From Candidatus Cloacimonadales bacterium (GTDB lineage: Bacteria > Cloacimonadota > Cloacimonadia > Cloacimonadales > JAFGVF01): DNA of 64,000 nt. Made by a program: the position numbers and the translations under genes. This document shows, piece after piece, positions 37,964 through 47,705 of the stretch (its first letter is position 1; each line of letters begins with the position of its first letter). Under the pieces are notes generated by a model. The model had not been told where the DNA came from, did no database searches, and worked only from the letters and a program-made list of their open reading frames with translations. The stretch lies in the NCBI GenBank assembly GCA_963677495.2, contig CAXXOU010000004.1:1280001-1344000 (forward strand), read 5' to 3'.

Positions 37964-38914
37964 GTGAAAAAGATTTTTGTTCTTGGAGCTGCCGGACAGA
38001 TAGGTTCAGAGCTCGTTACATATCTTCGTAACATCTACGGAAACAGCAATGTTATAGCTGCTGATATTCATGATAATTGTCCACAAGAAGTAAAAGAAGA
38101 TGGACCTTTTGAAATACTTAACGCTCTTGATGGAGAGAAGTTCCGCAAACTGATTATTGATAATAATGTTGATACTATTTATAATCTTGTTGCTATGCTT
38201 TCAGCTAAAGGTGAAGCAAATCCAAAAGCTGCTTGGGATCTCAATATGGGCGCTCTCTTCAACTCACTTGAGATTGCTAAAGAGATTAAAGGTGCTGTTT
38301 TCACTCCAAGTTCAATCGGTGCTTTTGGTGCCAGCACACCTATGGACAACACTCCTCAGGACACCCTAATGCGTCCTAACACTGTTTATGGTATATCTAA
38401 GGTTGCAGGTGAATTACTAAGTGACTACTATTATGAGAAGTTTGGTGTTGATGCCCGTGGTGTAAGATATCCTGGTATTATCTCAAACGTTACTCTCCCC
38501 GGTGGTGGTACAACTGATTACGCAGTAGAGATCTATTATGATGCTATAAAGAAGAAAGAGTATACCTGTAATCTTCCTGCAGGCGCATTCCTTGATATGA
38601 TGTATATGCCTGATGCACTTGATGCAGCTGTTAAGCTTATGGAAGCTGATTCTTGCAGACTCAAACATAGAAATTGCTTCAACGTTACTGCCATGAGCTT
38701 TGACCCTGAGCGTATCGCTGCTGAGATTAAGAAACATATCCCAGAGTTCAAAATGAACTATGACGTTGACCCAGTGAAAGAGAAGATAGCCGCTACATGG
38801 CCTAACTCAATGGACGATACTGCTGCTCGTGAAGAGTGGGACTGGAATCCTAAATATGACTTGGCAGGTATGACTAAAGACATGCTTGATGTCTTGAGCA
38901 AGAAACTTAAATAA
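37964..38914 (+). CDS. L-threonine 3-dehydrogenase (NAD-dependent epimerase/SDR type)
   Basis: GAAGQIG, LSAKGE, PSSIGAFG, YGISK, PGGGTTDYAV, MMYMPD. Confidence 0.88.
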   Translation: MKKIFVLGAAGQIGSELVTYLRNIYGNSNVIAADIHDNCPQEVKEDGPFEILNALDGEKFRKLIIDNNVDTIYNLVAMLSAKGEANPKAAWDLNMGALFNSLEIAKEIKGAVFTPSSIGAFGASTPMDNTPQDTLMRPNTVYGISKVAGELLSDYYYEKFGVDARGVRYPGIISNVTLPGGGTTDYAVEIYYDAIKKKEYTCNLPAGAFLDMMYMPDALDAAVKLMEADSCRLKHRNCFNVTAMSFDPERIAAEIKKHIPEFKMNYDVDPVKEKIAATWPNSMDDTAAREEWDWNPKYDLAGMTKDMLDVLSKKLK

Positions 38915-38922
38915 ATCTTTGT

Positions 38923-38962
38923 CGGGAAAGGCTTAATCAATCCTTTCCCGCTCTCTTTTTTA
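38923..38962 (+). terminator. Intrinsic terminator
   Basis: CGGGAAAGG...CCTTTCCCG followed by a T-rich tract. Confidence 0.7.
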
Positions 38963-38964
38963 TT

Positions 38965-39378
38965 ATGCCATATTTTGATAGACTTGAGTTTCCTAGAAAC
39001 CATAATATTTCAACTACGATTAAGTTCGTTCTCTTCATCATAGTTATTTTAGCTATAATTGGCAGGAGTGTGTGGATAAATCATCGGAAGAAATCGTTGA
39101 TTATCACTAATGTTGAAGTTATAGAGAGTTCTCGTACAACTATTGATGTTGGTTTCATGGTGACAAATGCTAAAGATTACTCTCAGAAGCGAGAGTTCTT
39201 GATTAAAGTTTATGATGATGATAAAAAAGAGATCGGGAGCCGTATGATACGTCTCGATAATCCGGCTAATAGTACTAAACGATATAGGAAAGTACTCTCA
39301 AAATTCAAGCGTCCGCTTGGTGAGAATGAGAAGTTCACCAATGCAGAAGTGACGCTCTATGAACCATCGATATTTTAA
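38965..39378 (+). CDS. Hypothetical single-TM protein with Ig-like exported domain
   Basis: N-terminal hydrophobic helix; lies between two same-strand genes. Confidence 0.65.
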   Translation: MPYFDRLEFPRNHNISTTIKFVLFIIVILAIIGRSVWINHRKKSLIITNVEVIESSRTTIDVGFMVTNAKDYSQKREFLIKVYDDDKKEIGSRMIRLDNPANSTKRYRKVLSKFKRPLGENEKFTNAEVTLYEPSIF

Positions 39379-39401
39379 AATAAAGATATAAAGGAAAAAT
39401 T

Positions 39402-40601
39402 ATGAAGTTCAACAACATGTTTTCTGAAAAGACAAAGGGCATGGGCGCATCCATGATTCGTGAATTAGTTGCAACAACTAAAGGTATTCCGGGACTCATC
39501 TCTCTTGCGGGTGGTTTCCCTTCACCTGATAGCTTCAACAAAGAAGAGATTGCTGAATGCTACAAAGAAGTTGTGATTGAGTTTGGTGAAGATATTCTTC
39601 AATATGGTGCCAGTGAAGGTGATGCTGTACTCAAAAATGAGCTCAAGAAATGGGAAAAGTATGAGAATATTACTGATGATGAGATGCTTATTACAGTTGG
39701 CTCAACAAATGCAATATATTACTTTACAAAGACATTCATAAATCAAGGTGATGTAATCATTTGTGAAGCCCCAAGTTTCTTAGGATCATTGGTCTCTTTC
39801 GAAGCTGAAGGTGCTGAATTAGTATCTGTTGAAATGGACTTTGAGGGTATTGACCTTGTAGAACTCAAGAAAGCTTTGGATAAGTGCAAAGAGGAAGGAA
39901 AGAATGTTAAGTTCTTATACACTATTCCTAACTTCCAAAACCCAACTGGTATCACAATGTCTCTTCAACGTAGAAAGGACCTCTTAGAGCTTATGGCTCA
40001 GTATCAGACTCCTATCTTAGAAGATGACCCATACGGTTCTCTCAGATATACAGGTGAACATGTTCCTTCATTGTTCAACCTTGCTGAAGATATCAACAAA
40101 CGTGGACTTGTAACCCTTGTTAAATCATTCTCAAAGATACTCGGACCGGGACTCAGAATCGCTTATGCTGTATCCAGTGAAGAGATTATCGGTAAGATGT
40201 GCTCTTGGCAACAGAAGGTAAATGTGACTCCAGGTTGTGTTACTGAAAGAATGGTTGGCCGTTATATGGAAAAAGGACTTCTTACGAAGCAAATTGATAA
40301 GATTAATGAACTTTACACACCGTATTGGGAAGCCATGCTTGAAGCATTAGAAGAGTTTATGCCTTCACATATCACATGGACAAAACCGGAAGGCGGAATG
40401 TTCATCTGGCTTACTTTACCTGAAGATATGGACGCTGATGAGCTGTTTGTTAAAGCACGTGAACAGAAAGTTGCTTTCATTCCCGGTAGTAAGTTCTTCC
40501 CTAAAGGACAAGAGCAATCAAATTGCTTAAGACTGAACTACAGTTACGCTAAACCTGAAGTTATCAGAGAAGGTGTTAAACGTCTTGCTTCAATAATGTA
40601 A
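39402..40601 (+). CDS. PLP-dependent aminotransferase, class I (2-aminoadipate/aromatic type)
   Basis: ISLAGGFP, PNFQNPTG, EDDPY, SFSK..PGLR, PEGGMFIW. Confidence 0.92.
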   Translation: MKFNNMFSEKTKGMGASMIRELVATTKGIPGLISLAGGFPSPDSFNKEEIAECYKEVVIEFGEDILQYGASEGDAVLKNELKKWEKYENITDDEMLITVGSTNAIYYFTKTFINQGDVIICEAPSFLGSLVSFEAEGAELVSVEMDFEGIDLVELKKALDKCKEEGKNVKFLYTIPNFQNPTGITMSLQRRKDLLELMAQYQTPILEDDPYGSLRYTGEHVPSLFNLAEDINKRGLVTLVKSFSKILGPGLRIAYAVSSEEIIGKMCSWQQKVNVTPGCVTERMVGRYMEKGLLTKQIDKINELYTPYWEAMLEALEEFMPSHITWTKPEGGMFIWLTLPEDMDADELFVKAREQKVAFIPGSKFFPKGQEQSNCLRLNYSYAKPEVIREGVKRLASIM

Positions 40602-40623
40602 TGATAGTTTTATAGATATTACA

Positions 40624-40646
40624 AAGGCTACCGATTCGGTAGCCTT
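40624..40646. terminator. Terminator hairpin between convergent genes
   Basis: AAGGCTACCG-ATT-CGGTAGCCTT. Confidence 0.8.
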
Positions 40647-40652
40647 ATTTCT

Positions 40653-41861
40653 TTATTGCTTCTCCCCTTTCCGAAGAGATTCAATTAAATCAAGATTCTT
40701 CTGCGCAAACTCAAAGTTCGGTTGATGTTTAAGGCATCTTCGAAGATACTTCTCTGCTTCATCGTAATCATTACGAGCAAGCGCAATAATAGCAAGATTG
40801 TTAAGGGTTTTGATCTCCTTAGGATTATACTTCAGAATCTCGAGATACACTTCTTTAGCTGAATCAAGATCGTTCTCAGCTTGTAGAATAAACCCATAGT
40901 TGTATCTTGCATTTACAAAGGTCTTATCAATCGTAATTGCCTTTAAGAAGAAATCTTTAGCCTTAGCATTCATAGCACTGAGTGTATAATATAGTCCCCA
41001 ATAATACATTACATCTGCTGAGTCAGGATATGTAGTTCTATACTTTTTCAGGTACTCATAAGCATTTCCAAGTTGTTCTTGTGTCATATGGGTAGCAATG
41101 AATCTTATAGTATCAGATTCGGCATAGACTAGTTTCATCTCACCTAATATGCGAGCTTTAACATACCATACTCCATTCTTAATCATGAGATGAATAGTAA
41201 AGTCTGTCTTATGATTAACATCAAACTGTACTAAGGCTTCATTTTGATTCTCACTTAAAGCTGAAGATACTATTCTGAATGTTTTGAATTTAGACATTGG
41301 CTTATTGATTTTAATATGTTCAACAAACTCATTATTAAAATCATACTCTAAAGATTGGAGTGTTAATGGATATAACTCCTCCCACTCCTCAGCTATGAAA
41401 GCATTCAAGTATTTAGTTGCAACAATCTCATAGTCATTACGCTCAGGAAACTCTTTAGTTGAATCTATAGCAAGCTTTTTGAAAAGGTATCTAATTGGCA
41501 TATATGTCGGCACTTTTGTAGTTGGGAATAGAGCTTCGATTTCATGTCTTCCTTCCTCAGTTTTGGCTAATTCAGACGGGATTCTTCCCTTTAGCTCTTC
41601 TGCTTCCATATATATCCATCTATCCATCTGCTTCTTAAGGAAGTTTTCCTGTTCAGTTATGGAATCAACTTTATTCTTTGAGAACTGCATGAAACCGCTT
41701 TCTCTTTTGAAGTTGTACTCACACTCATCAGGACAGTTGTTATCCATCTTTTGGTCGAGACAGCAGTTCCAACAAATTGTTTTGCCTACTCTCAGGCAAT
41801 ATCTATGCTCTCTGTTATTTCGGCATACGTGACATCTATTGTTCTTAAATAAACTTAACAA
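40653..41861 (-). CDS. TPR-repeat protein with Cys-rich N-terminus
   Basis: CHVC..C..CWNCC..C..C at the N-terminus; TPR-like ARYNYG and TLNNLA repeats at the C-terminus. Confidence 0.75.
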   Translation of the reverse strand: MLSLFKNNRCHVCRNNREHRYCLRVGKTICWNCCLDQKMDNNCPDECEYNFKRESGFMQFSKNKVDSITEQENFLKKQMDRWIYMEAEELKGRIPSELAKTEEGRHEIEALFPTTKVPTYMPIRYLFKKLAIDSTKEFPERNDYEIVATKYLNAFIAEEWEELYPLTLQSLEYDFNNEFVEHIKINKPMSKFKTFRIVSSALSENQNEALVQFDVNHKTDFTIHLMIKNGVWYVKARILGEMKLVYAESDTIRFIATHMTQEQLGNAYEYLKKYRTTYPDSADVMYYWGLYYTLSAMNAKAKDFFLKAITIDKTFVNARYNYGFILQAENDLDSAKEVYLEILKYNPKEIKTLNNLAIIALARNDYDEAEKYLRRCLKHQPNFEFAQKNLDLIESLRKGEKQ

Positions 41862-41864
41862 ATT

Positions 41865-42629
41865 TTACTCCGGTGTTGGTGGCATTCTTCTTTTAAATGC
41901 TGAAATTCTATATAGTTTCATGACTTTCTTAACATCTTCATCTTTAAAACCTTCAGCAACAATATTTTCTGCCTTCATTTCGAGGTTGTACAATCTATAG
42001 AGGATTTCATCAAGTGTACTATATGAGATTCCAAGCTCATCTTCATCTGTTTGGGCATCCCATAAGTCTGCTGTAGGGGCTTTATTAATAATCTGTTCCG
42101 GTATACCAAGTATACGAGACATTTCCCATACTTCTGTCTTGTACAGGTTACCAATAGGCTCAAAAGCACAGGCAGAATCACCATATTGAGTACAGTACCC
42201 TACTTCTAACTCTGTTCTATTACCTGTACCGACAACAAGAGCACGATATTTTGATGAAAGGTCGTACAAAACACACATTCTGCTACGAGCCATCCAATTA
42301 CCTCTTCTAAGCTTATCAGCATCCTGCTCAAATATCTGGAAGTATGGATCAGCAAAGCTTGTAATCTCGATAACTTCTGATTGAATATCAAGCCATTTTG
42401 CGAGAGTCCTTGCATCATCTAAAGAGTGAGAGCTACTATCTTTATATGGAAGCATCACACCGTAAACATTCTCCTTACCAATAGCTTTCACAGCTAATGT
42501 TGCCGATAATGAAGAATCAATACCACCAGATAACCCAATAATTAGTTTTTCAAATCCGTTAGCTTCTGTAAAAGTTCTGATGTATTCTACAAGCTTATCT
42601 ATCTCTGCCTGATAATTCAACTGTCTCAT
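41865..42629 (-). CDS. nadE: NH3-dependent NAD+ synthetase
   Basis: GLSGGIDS, ARSRM, GTGN..E..GYCTQYGD, KAPTADLW, QTDE. Confidence 0.95.
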   Translation of the reverse strand: MRQLNYQAEIDKLVEYIRTFTEANGFEKLIIGLSGGIDSSLSATLAVKAIGKENVYGVMLPYKDSSSHSLDDARTLAKWLDIQSEVIEITSFADPYFQIFEQDADKLRRGNWMARSRMCVLYDLSSKYRALVVGTGNRTELEVGYCTQYGDSACAFEPIGNLYKTEVWEMSRILGIPEQIINKAPTADLWDAQTDEDELGISYSTLDEILYRLYNLEMKAENIVAEGFKDEDVKKVMKLYRISAFKRRMPPTPE

Positions 42630-42720
42630 AATTACTCCTTTAGATGAAGATATCTGAGTTACAACTCATACGTTAGAATCCAATCTGTATTTGATCTAAA
42701 GATTGTCAAACAACAAAAAA

Positions 42721-42745
42721 AGGTTCAGGCTATTTGCCTGAACCT
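42721..42745 (-). terminator. Intrinsic terminator after the nifU-like gene
   Basis: AGGTTCAGGC-TATTT-GCCTGAACCT with a T-run on the minus strand. Confidence 0.8.
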
Positions 42746-42762
42746 GAAACTGAGTAGGTATG

Positions 42763-42990
42763 TTATCCGCGGATAACTTCTTTAACCTCAGGAATCTCCT
42801 GTTTGAGAACTCTTTCGATACCGGCTTTCAATGTCAATGTCGCCATTGGGCAACTTCCGCAAGCACCTGTAAGTTTCACAACAACTGTATTGTCTTCGCG
42901 TACTTCCACGAGTTCAACGTCTCCGCCATCTGCTTGAATTGAAGGTCTAACCTTATCGAGAACTTCTTCAACTTTAACTTTATCGAGCAT
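42763..42990 (-). CDS. NifU/NfuA C-terminal-domain Fe-S carrier
   Basis: VRPSIQADGGD, GACGSCP. Start moved to MLDKV (GGAGG RBS). Confidence 0.92.
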   Translation of the reverse strand: MLDKVKVEEVLDKVRPSIQADGGDVELVEVREDNTVVVKLTGACGSCPMATLTLKAGIERVLKQEIPEVKEVIRG

Positions 42991-43328
42991 AATAGCCTCC
43001 ATTTTCATATTTAAATCAGAAATTAATCCGTTATAGTATATGTCAAAGTATTTATTTGCCTAAAACTTTTTCGAAACAGGGACACTGCTAATATATTGTA
43101 GAGGTTTAACATCTTAAGCTCTCAGATGTCTCCACATTATACGGAAAACATCCGTTCAACTGACATATAATCATTAAACAAGGGCACAGATTGTTGTATC
43201 ACTACGTCGTTTGAGAGACATCATTTTCTTTGTCAAGACTTAGTCGTTTGTAGTCAAAATTTAGAAAGGAATAGTTAAAATGAGTCTGTTCAATGTCAAC
43301 CGGAAGTGAAGTATCCACACGAGCTCCA

Positions 43329-43402
43329 CCCCCGGACCACTCGGGGACCTCCCCCGCCTACCCCCGAGAGGCTCCCCGAGAGGAGCGGGTGAAAAGCAGG
43401 GG
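43329..43402. repeat. GC-rich, roughly 11-bp-phased CCCCG/CGGG array (degenerate)
   Basis: CCCCG ending at 43334, 43356, 43366, 43378; then CGGG at 43386 and CAGG at 43397. Confidence 0.5.
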
Positions 43403-43710
43403 TGGATTTCAGACTTTCAACAGAGTTCTATCAGAGTAAAAATAGAAACCTTTTAAGGGCATATCAACATCATGAAACCGTCACTGCTCTGCTACAATTA
43501 TCATCCATCTCGAATAAGGCACCTGTTGAATCCCTATTGAAATGTAGTTATTATTTAACTGGCTTTAGACTCGAATTGGATAGGATTGCAATATCTAACG
43601 AATAATAATTATAGCAGAGGAGTGAGAGCGAAATAGCTGTGAAAACTGATAGCAAATACTTCCCGGCTATAGCTCTAGCGAGCTATGTGCAAGTGAGGAC
43701 ACTCGCACTA

Positions 43711-44030
43711 CGATTGTACTGCGACTCTCCCGAGTTGCTGTGCCGACAAAGTCGGCAACTTCCACTGACCGGAACGATTGTACTGCGACTCTCCTGAGTT
43801 GCTGTGCCGACAAAGTCGGCAACTGCCACTGACCGGAACGATTGTACTGCGACTCTCCTGAGTTGCTGTGCCGACAAAGTCGGCAACTGCCACTGACCGG
43901 AACGATTGTACTGCGACTCTCCTGAGTTGCTGTGCCGACAAAGTCGGCAACTGCCACTGACCGGAACGATTGTACTGCGACTCTCCTGAGTTGCTGTGCC
44001 GACAAAGTCGGCAACTGCCACTGACCGGAA
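43711..44030. repeat. 64-bp tandem repeat x5 with internal hairpins
   Basis: CGATTGTACTGCGACTCTCCTGAGTTGCTGTGCCGACAAAGTCGGCAACTGCCACTGACCGGAA at 43711, 43775, 43839, 43903, 43967. Copy 1 has 2 substitutions. Confidence 0.97.
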
Positions 44031-44134
44031 CTTGGAAATCATACGTTCGAACGTAGAACTTAGCTTATAATCATACATGTCAATACTAGTTTCTGAACAC
44101 GATTCGCTTCACGGCTATAGCTCTATCGAGCTAT

Positions 44135-44159
44135 GTGCAAGTGGGGACACTTGCACTAC
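44135..44159 (-). repeat. GTAG-type REP-like hairpin
   Basis: Minus strand reads GTAGTGCAAGTG-TCCC-CACTTGCAC. Variants at 22572-22596 and 43687-43711. Confidence 0.75.
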
Positions 44160-44253
44160 GATTGTACTGCAACTCTCAGGACTTTTTCAAGAATCTTGCA
44201 AATAGTACAATTCGATTTAATCAAGAGCTGTCACCAGTACGTATGAAATGGGA

Positions 44254-47157
44254 TTATTTCATAAGAATCATCTTTGCAGTCGATTCATTGTTACCAGCTT
44301 TCAGCCTATAAAAGTATATTCCGGTAGCACATGATTTACCATGTCTATCTTCCCCATACCAGCGGAACCGGTGTTTACCTTTAGCCAAATCACCCTTATG
44401 AAGCGTAATGACTTTTTGTCCTTTAACATTGTAGACTGATAACTCAGCTTTTTCAACTCTATTCTTTATTTTAAACTCGATTGTTGTTTCAGGATTGAAA
44501 GGATTTGGGTAATTACATAGATCGGTAATTGGTTTAACTACCTGATTGTTGTTATTCACAGGGTCATGGTATGTAATATCGCAGGTTGTATAGCTCAAAG
44601 ATAACATATTATCTTGAGCTGTACTACTACTCAATCTTAACCAGTAATAATCATTAGGATACATCATTGTATAACCTTGTTCTTCTACCCAATCTTTCCA
44701 TAAAATTAGATGGATATCATCAAAATAGGCGATAGATTCAGTATCAGTTCCTTCTCGAACAAGTCTTATCCCAAAATACTCGTGGGCATTACTCTGAGGA
44801 ATTTCCACACTTACTTCTGTCCAATCGGTGGTTCCACTCACTGAGTTAGATGAGTATGTTGAATTAGGGTACAAACCAGTATGACTACTATAAAAATCAA
44901 CTTCAATGTGAGCATCTGTACAGTTATCAGTCTTAATATAACCAACTAGTGTTTTATCTCCAGGTCTAATTGGCATTAACTCATCGGTTTCAGTTTCTTC
45001 CCATGGATGAGCTAAACTATTCGAAGTAGAACCGCTATGAACTTCATTTGTTTCGTTTGGAAAGTTATTCCAATATGATACACCCTCAAACTCCATGTTG
45101 CCCATTGGAAATGCCTCATTTCCAATTCTCCAAATATGCTCAGTCCCACCGGTTATTGAGTTCATACTTAGTGGAACTCCTTCGAATCTAATAGGTTTTG
45201 AAACAAAATAATCATCAATGCTACTCACAGGAACATTTTGTTGATGATTGAACTCATGAAAATTGTAGTCTAAAGAATCTATTATTACTTCTCCCCTATT
45301 CCTTTCATTATTAACATGAACAATTGTGTCCAGTTCTCTTGATTTCATGGCAATATAACGAAGAAGGTGAGTCCCAAGCTCACCAAAAATGACTTTTGGT
45401 TTATATTCATCAAGATAGATTGGAGTAATAGTGAAATTCTTAAATCCGTCTCTATCAGCCTCAGTATTCAGTATCATTGAAGGAAAGCACTCAGGGTAGT
45501 TTAAATCAAAAACAAAGTTTCCTAAAGAATGAGCAACAACCTTTCCGTTATAAACTTCAACTCCTTGTACTTTATGAGGATGATGCACTACCACTAAGTC
45601 GGTTCCTGAATCAATCGCATGATGCCTTATCTCTCTATCCCACATATGTGGAATATCTATTCTAGGATTAAAGTCTTCATCCTCTTCTGTCTCAAGTGTT
45701 TTATCATAATCAGAACCCGGGGAAGTAGAGTATTCACTACCGGCATGCATCATAACAACATTCAAGTCAGCTATACCTTCAACACTCTCAATCTGCTCAG
45801 AAATGTAATATGGCGTCATGTAACCAAAGCCAGCTTTATCATATCCGGCATTCAGATATGGAATCGCATTATTGTACTGCCCTGTTCTGTCTGAGCTACC
45901 AAGAAACGCAAAGATAAGACCTTTTTTATGTATATATGCAGGTTTATAAGCATCGATAGAGTTCATGCCTGCACCACAATGGAGTATGTTTGATGCTTCA
46001 AGTACATCCATAGTTTGTTGCAATGCAGGATTCATATAGTCCCAGGAATGATTATTAGCTAAAGATACAAGGTCGATTCCACCATTTTCCAAAGCAACAA
46101 CAGTTGAAGGATCTGACCTGAACGCAACAGATTTCGTTGGATGTCTGGTACCCATATCTGATAAGGGAGTTTCCAAGTTCGCTACAGATATATCTGCTCC
46201 TTGTCCAAAAACAGAGTCTACTTCGGTGAAGATGTTGGGAACATTCGAAGAGTTCATCCTTCTTGCAAACATTACATCACCTACAAAATTGAGAGTAACC
46301 GGTAATGAACTATCCCCAACATCAACTGCAACTTGTTCAACGTGTCGGCCAATTGCACCCTGATTGTCTGTTACTTCAAGTAATACAGAATATGGATGGT
46401 CATCAACAACTTCAAAAGTATGATTTATTCTTGAGAAAGTTGCTGTTTCAATTGTGCCATCACCAAAGTACCATCTGAAATCACTTATAATATCACCTTC
46501 AGGATCAGTGACTTCCGCTTGAAACTGATAAGTAACATTTCTTAACTGTGAACCATCTGAGTTATAGCCCATCAACCGATATGAAAAGGAACATTCAGGC
46601 TCTTGATTGATATCTTCTGTAACATCAATAATGTTATCAAAAAACACGCTATCACTGGATACTGTTATGAATTCTAATCCGTTTATCACAGGAATATAGT
46701 CATACCAAGCCTGCCAATCATCAGCTACAGGAAGTTTAAATTCTATCCATTGTTCTGCTTCTTTTGCACCCTGATAACATGTAACAAACTCTTCAATATC
46801 TTGTTCTTGTGAACCATACAAAGAGTATCTAAGTGAGTTTATTGAATCTTTTACACCAACAGCTACAAGCCCTGCTGAATCATCAAGTTTCACTGAAAAC
46901 TGAATAACAGATCTTTCAGTTATCAGTTGTGGATTAATTGCTAACCGCTTACCGGTATTCCCAAAAAGACGTAAGCATTGTCCTTCTTGTCCGTTTGGGG
47001 ATATCTGCCAGCTACCCTGATCTCCATCATAATCATCAATACTTTGAAACAGAGTGCCTGAACTCTCGAAATCTTCAAGCATTACAAATCTATCTTCGCT
47101 GAATAAAGAAGTTACAAACACCATTAATACAAGCAAAATACATATTGTTCTTAACAT
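44254..47157 (-). CDS. Secreted CapA/PGA_cap-family metallophosphoesterase with PKD domain and C-terminal FlgD/T9SS-type domain
   Basis: VGDVM, NLE, LANNH..D, MHAG.E, HHPH, HSLGNF; PKD motif WYFGDG; NYPNPFNP. Start moved to MLRTI at 47157. Confidence 0.85.
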   Translation of the reverse strand: MLRTICILLVLMVFVTSLFSEDRFVMLEDFESSGTLFQSIDDYDGDQGSWQISPNGQEGQCLRLFGNTGKRLAINPQLITERSVIQFSVKLDDSAGLVAVGVKDSINSLRYSLYGSQEQDIEEFVTCYQGAKEAEQWIEFKLPVADDWQAWYDYIPVINGLEFITVSSDSVFFDNIIDVTEDINQEPECSFSYRLMGYNSDGSQLRNVTYQFQAEVTDPEGDIISDFRWYFGDGTIETATFSRINHTFEVVDDHPYSVLLEVTDNQGAIGRHVEQVAVDVGDSSLPVTLNFVGDVMFARRMNSSNVPNIFTEVDSVFGQGADISVANLETPLSDMGTRHPTKSVAFRSDPSTVVALENGGIDLVSLANNHSWDYMNPALQQTMDVLEASNILHCGAGMNSIDAYKPAYIHKKGLIFAFLGSSDRTGQYNNAIPYLNAGYDKAGFGYMTPYYISEQIESVEGIADLNVVMMHAGSEYSTSPGSDYDKTLETEEDEDFNPRIDIPHMWDREIRHHAIDSGTDLVVVHHPHKVQGVEVYNGKVVAHSLGNFVFDLNYPECFPSMILNTEADRDGFKNFTITPIYLDEYKPKVIFGELGTHLLRYIAMKSRELDTIVHVNNERNRGEVIIDSLDYNFHEFNHQQNVPVSSIDDYFVSKPIRFEGVPLSMNSITGGTEHIWRIGNEAFPMGNMEFEGVSYWNNFPNETNEVHSGSTSNSLAHPWEETETDELMPIRPGDKTLVGYIKTDNCTDAHIEVDFYSSHTGLYPNSTYSSNSVSGTTDWTEVSVEIPQSNAHEYFGIRLVREGTDTESIAYFDDIHLILWKDWVEEQGYTMMYPNDYYWLRLSSSTAQDNMLSLSYTTCDITYHDPVNNNNQVVKPITDLCNYPNPFNPETTIEFKIKNRVEKAELSVYNVKGQKVITLHKGDLAKGKHRFRWYGEDRHGKSCATGIYFYRLKAGNNESTAKMILMK

Positions 47158-47352
47158 GATTTCCTCCTTTGTTAAGTTGTCATACGAAAACACTACAACT
47201 TTAAAATGTCAACAAGTTTTCCTGAATAACTCAATTTATTGAATTTAACTCATTTGTGATTTATCCTCTTCAATTTAGTCAATGCTGTTTTAATCCTTGA
47301 CAGTTTGTTAATTACTATAAGAATTTATTCAAATTTAGGAAAGAAGGGTTTT

Positions 47353-47697
47353 ATGGAGAAAAGCAGTAATATTAGAGTGTTAAACCCTGATGATTTGTTT
47401 GAAGTAAGCGAGAACTACAAGCAAAACATGAAACAGATGGGTATGATACCTTTTGAAAAAGACGGCAAGTTGAAATGGGGAAACAAATCTCAAGTTGCCT
47501 TCTTGAAAAGTTTAGAAACTGAGGATAGTAAAAAGTTGGTTAAATCAATAAGTAATAATCAACTTCCTCCATCATTAAGAAAAGATCGAGGTAAACTATC
47601 AAAGTCTTTAGCTAAAGTGCCAGTTCAGTACTTTATTGTGATTGTATTGAGTGTTTTACTGGGATTTTTGTACTTGTATTTAAATTATATAAATTAA
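47353..47697 (+). CDS. Hypothetical protein with C-terminal TM helix
   Basis: ATG at 47353 after GAAGGG; ends 8 bp before surE. Confidence 0.6.
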   Translation: MEKSSNIRVLNPDDLFEVSENYKQNMKQMGMIPFEKDGKLKWGNKSQVAFLKSLETEDSKKLVKSISNNQLPPSLRKDRGKLSKSLAKVPVQYFIVIVLSVLLGFLYLYLNYIN

Positions 47698-47705
47698 GAG
47701 GTTAG

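Noticed and set aside
43711..44030. CRISPR or guide-RNA array
   Set aside because: Units are essentially identical head-to-tail with no unique spacers, and there are no cas-like genes in the window.
43667..44078. Three overlapping minus-strand ORFs with repeated peptides
   Set aside because: By-product of a stop-free 64-bp repeat cycling through all three frames; no coding evidence.
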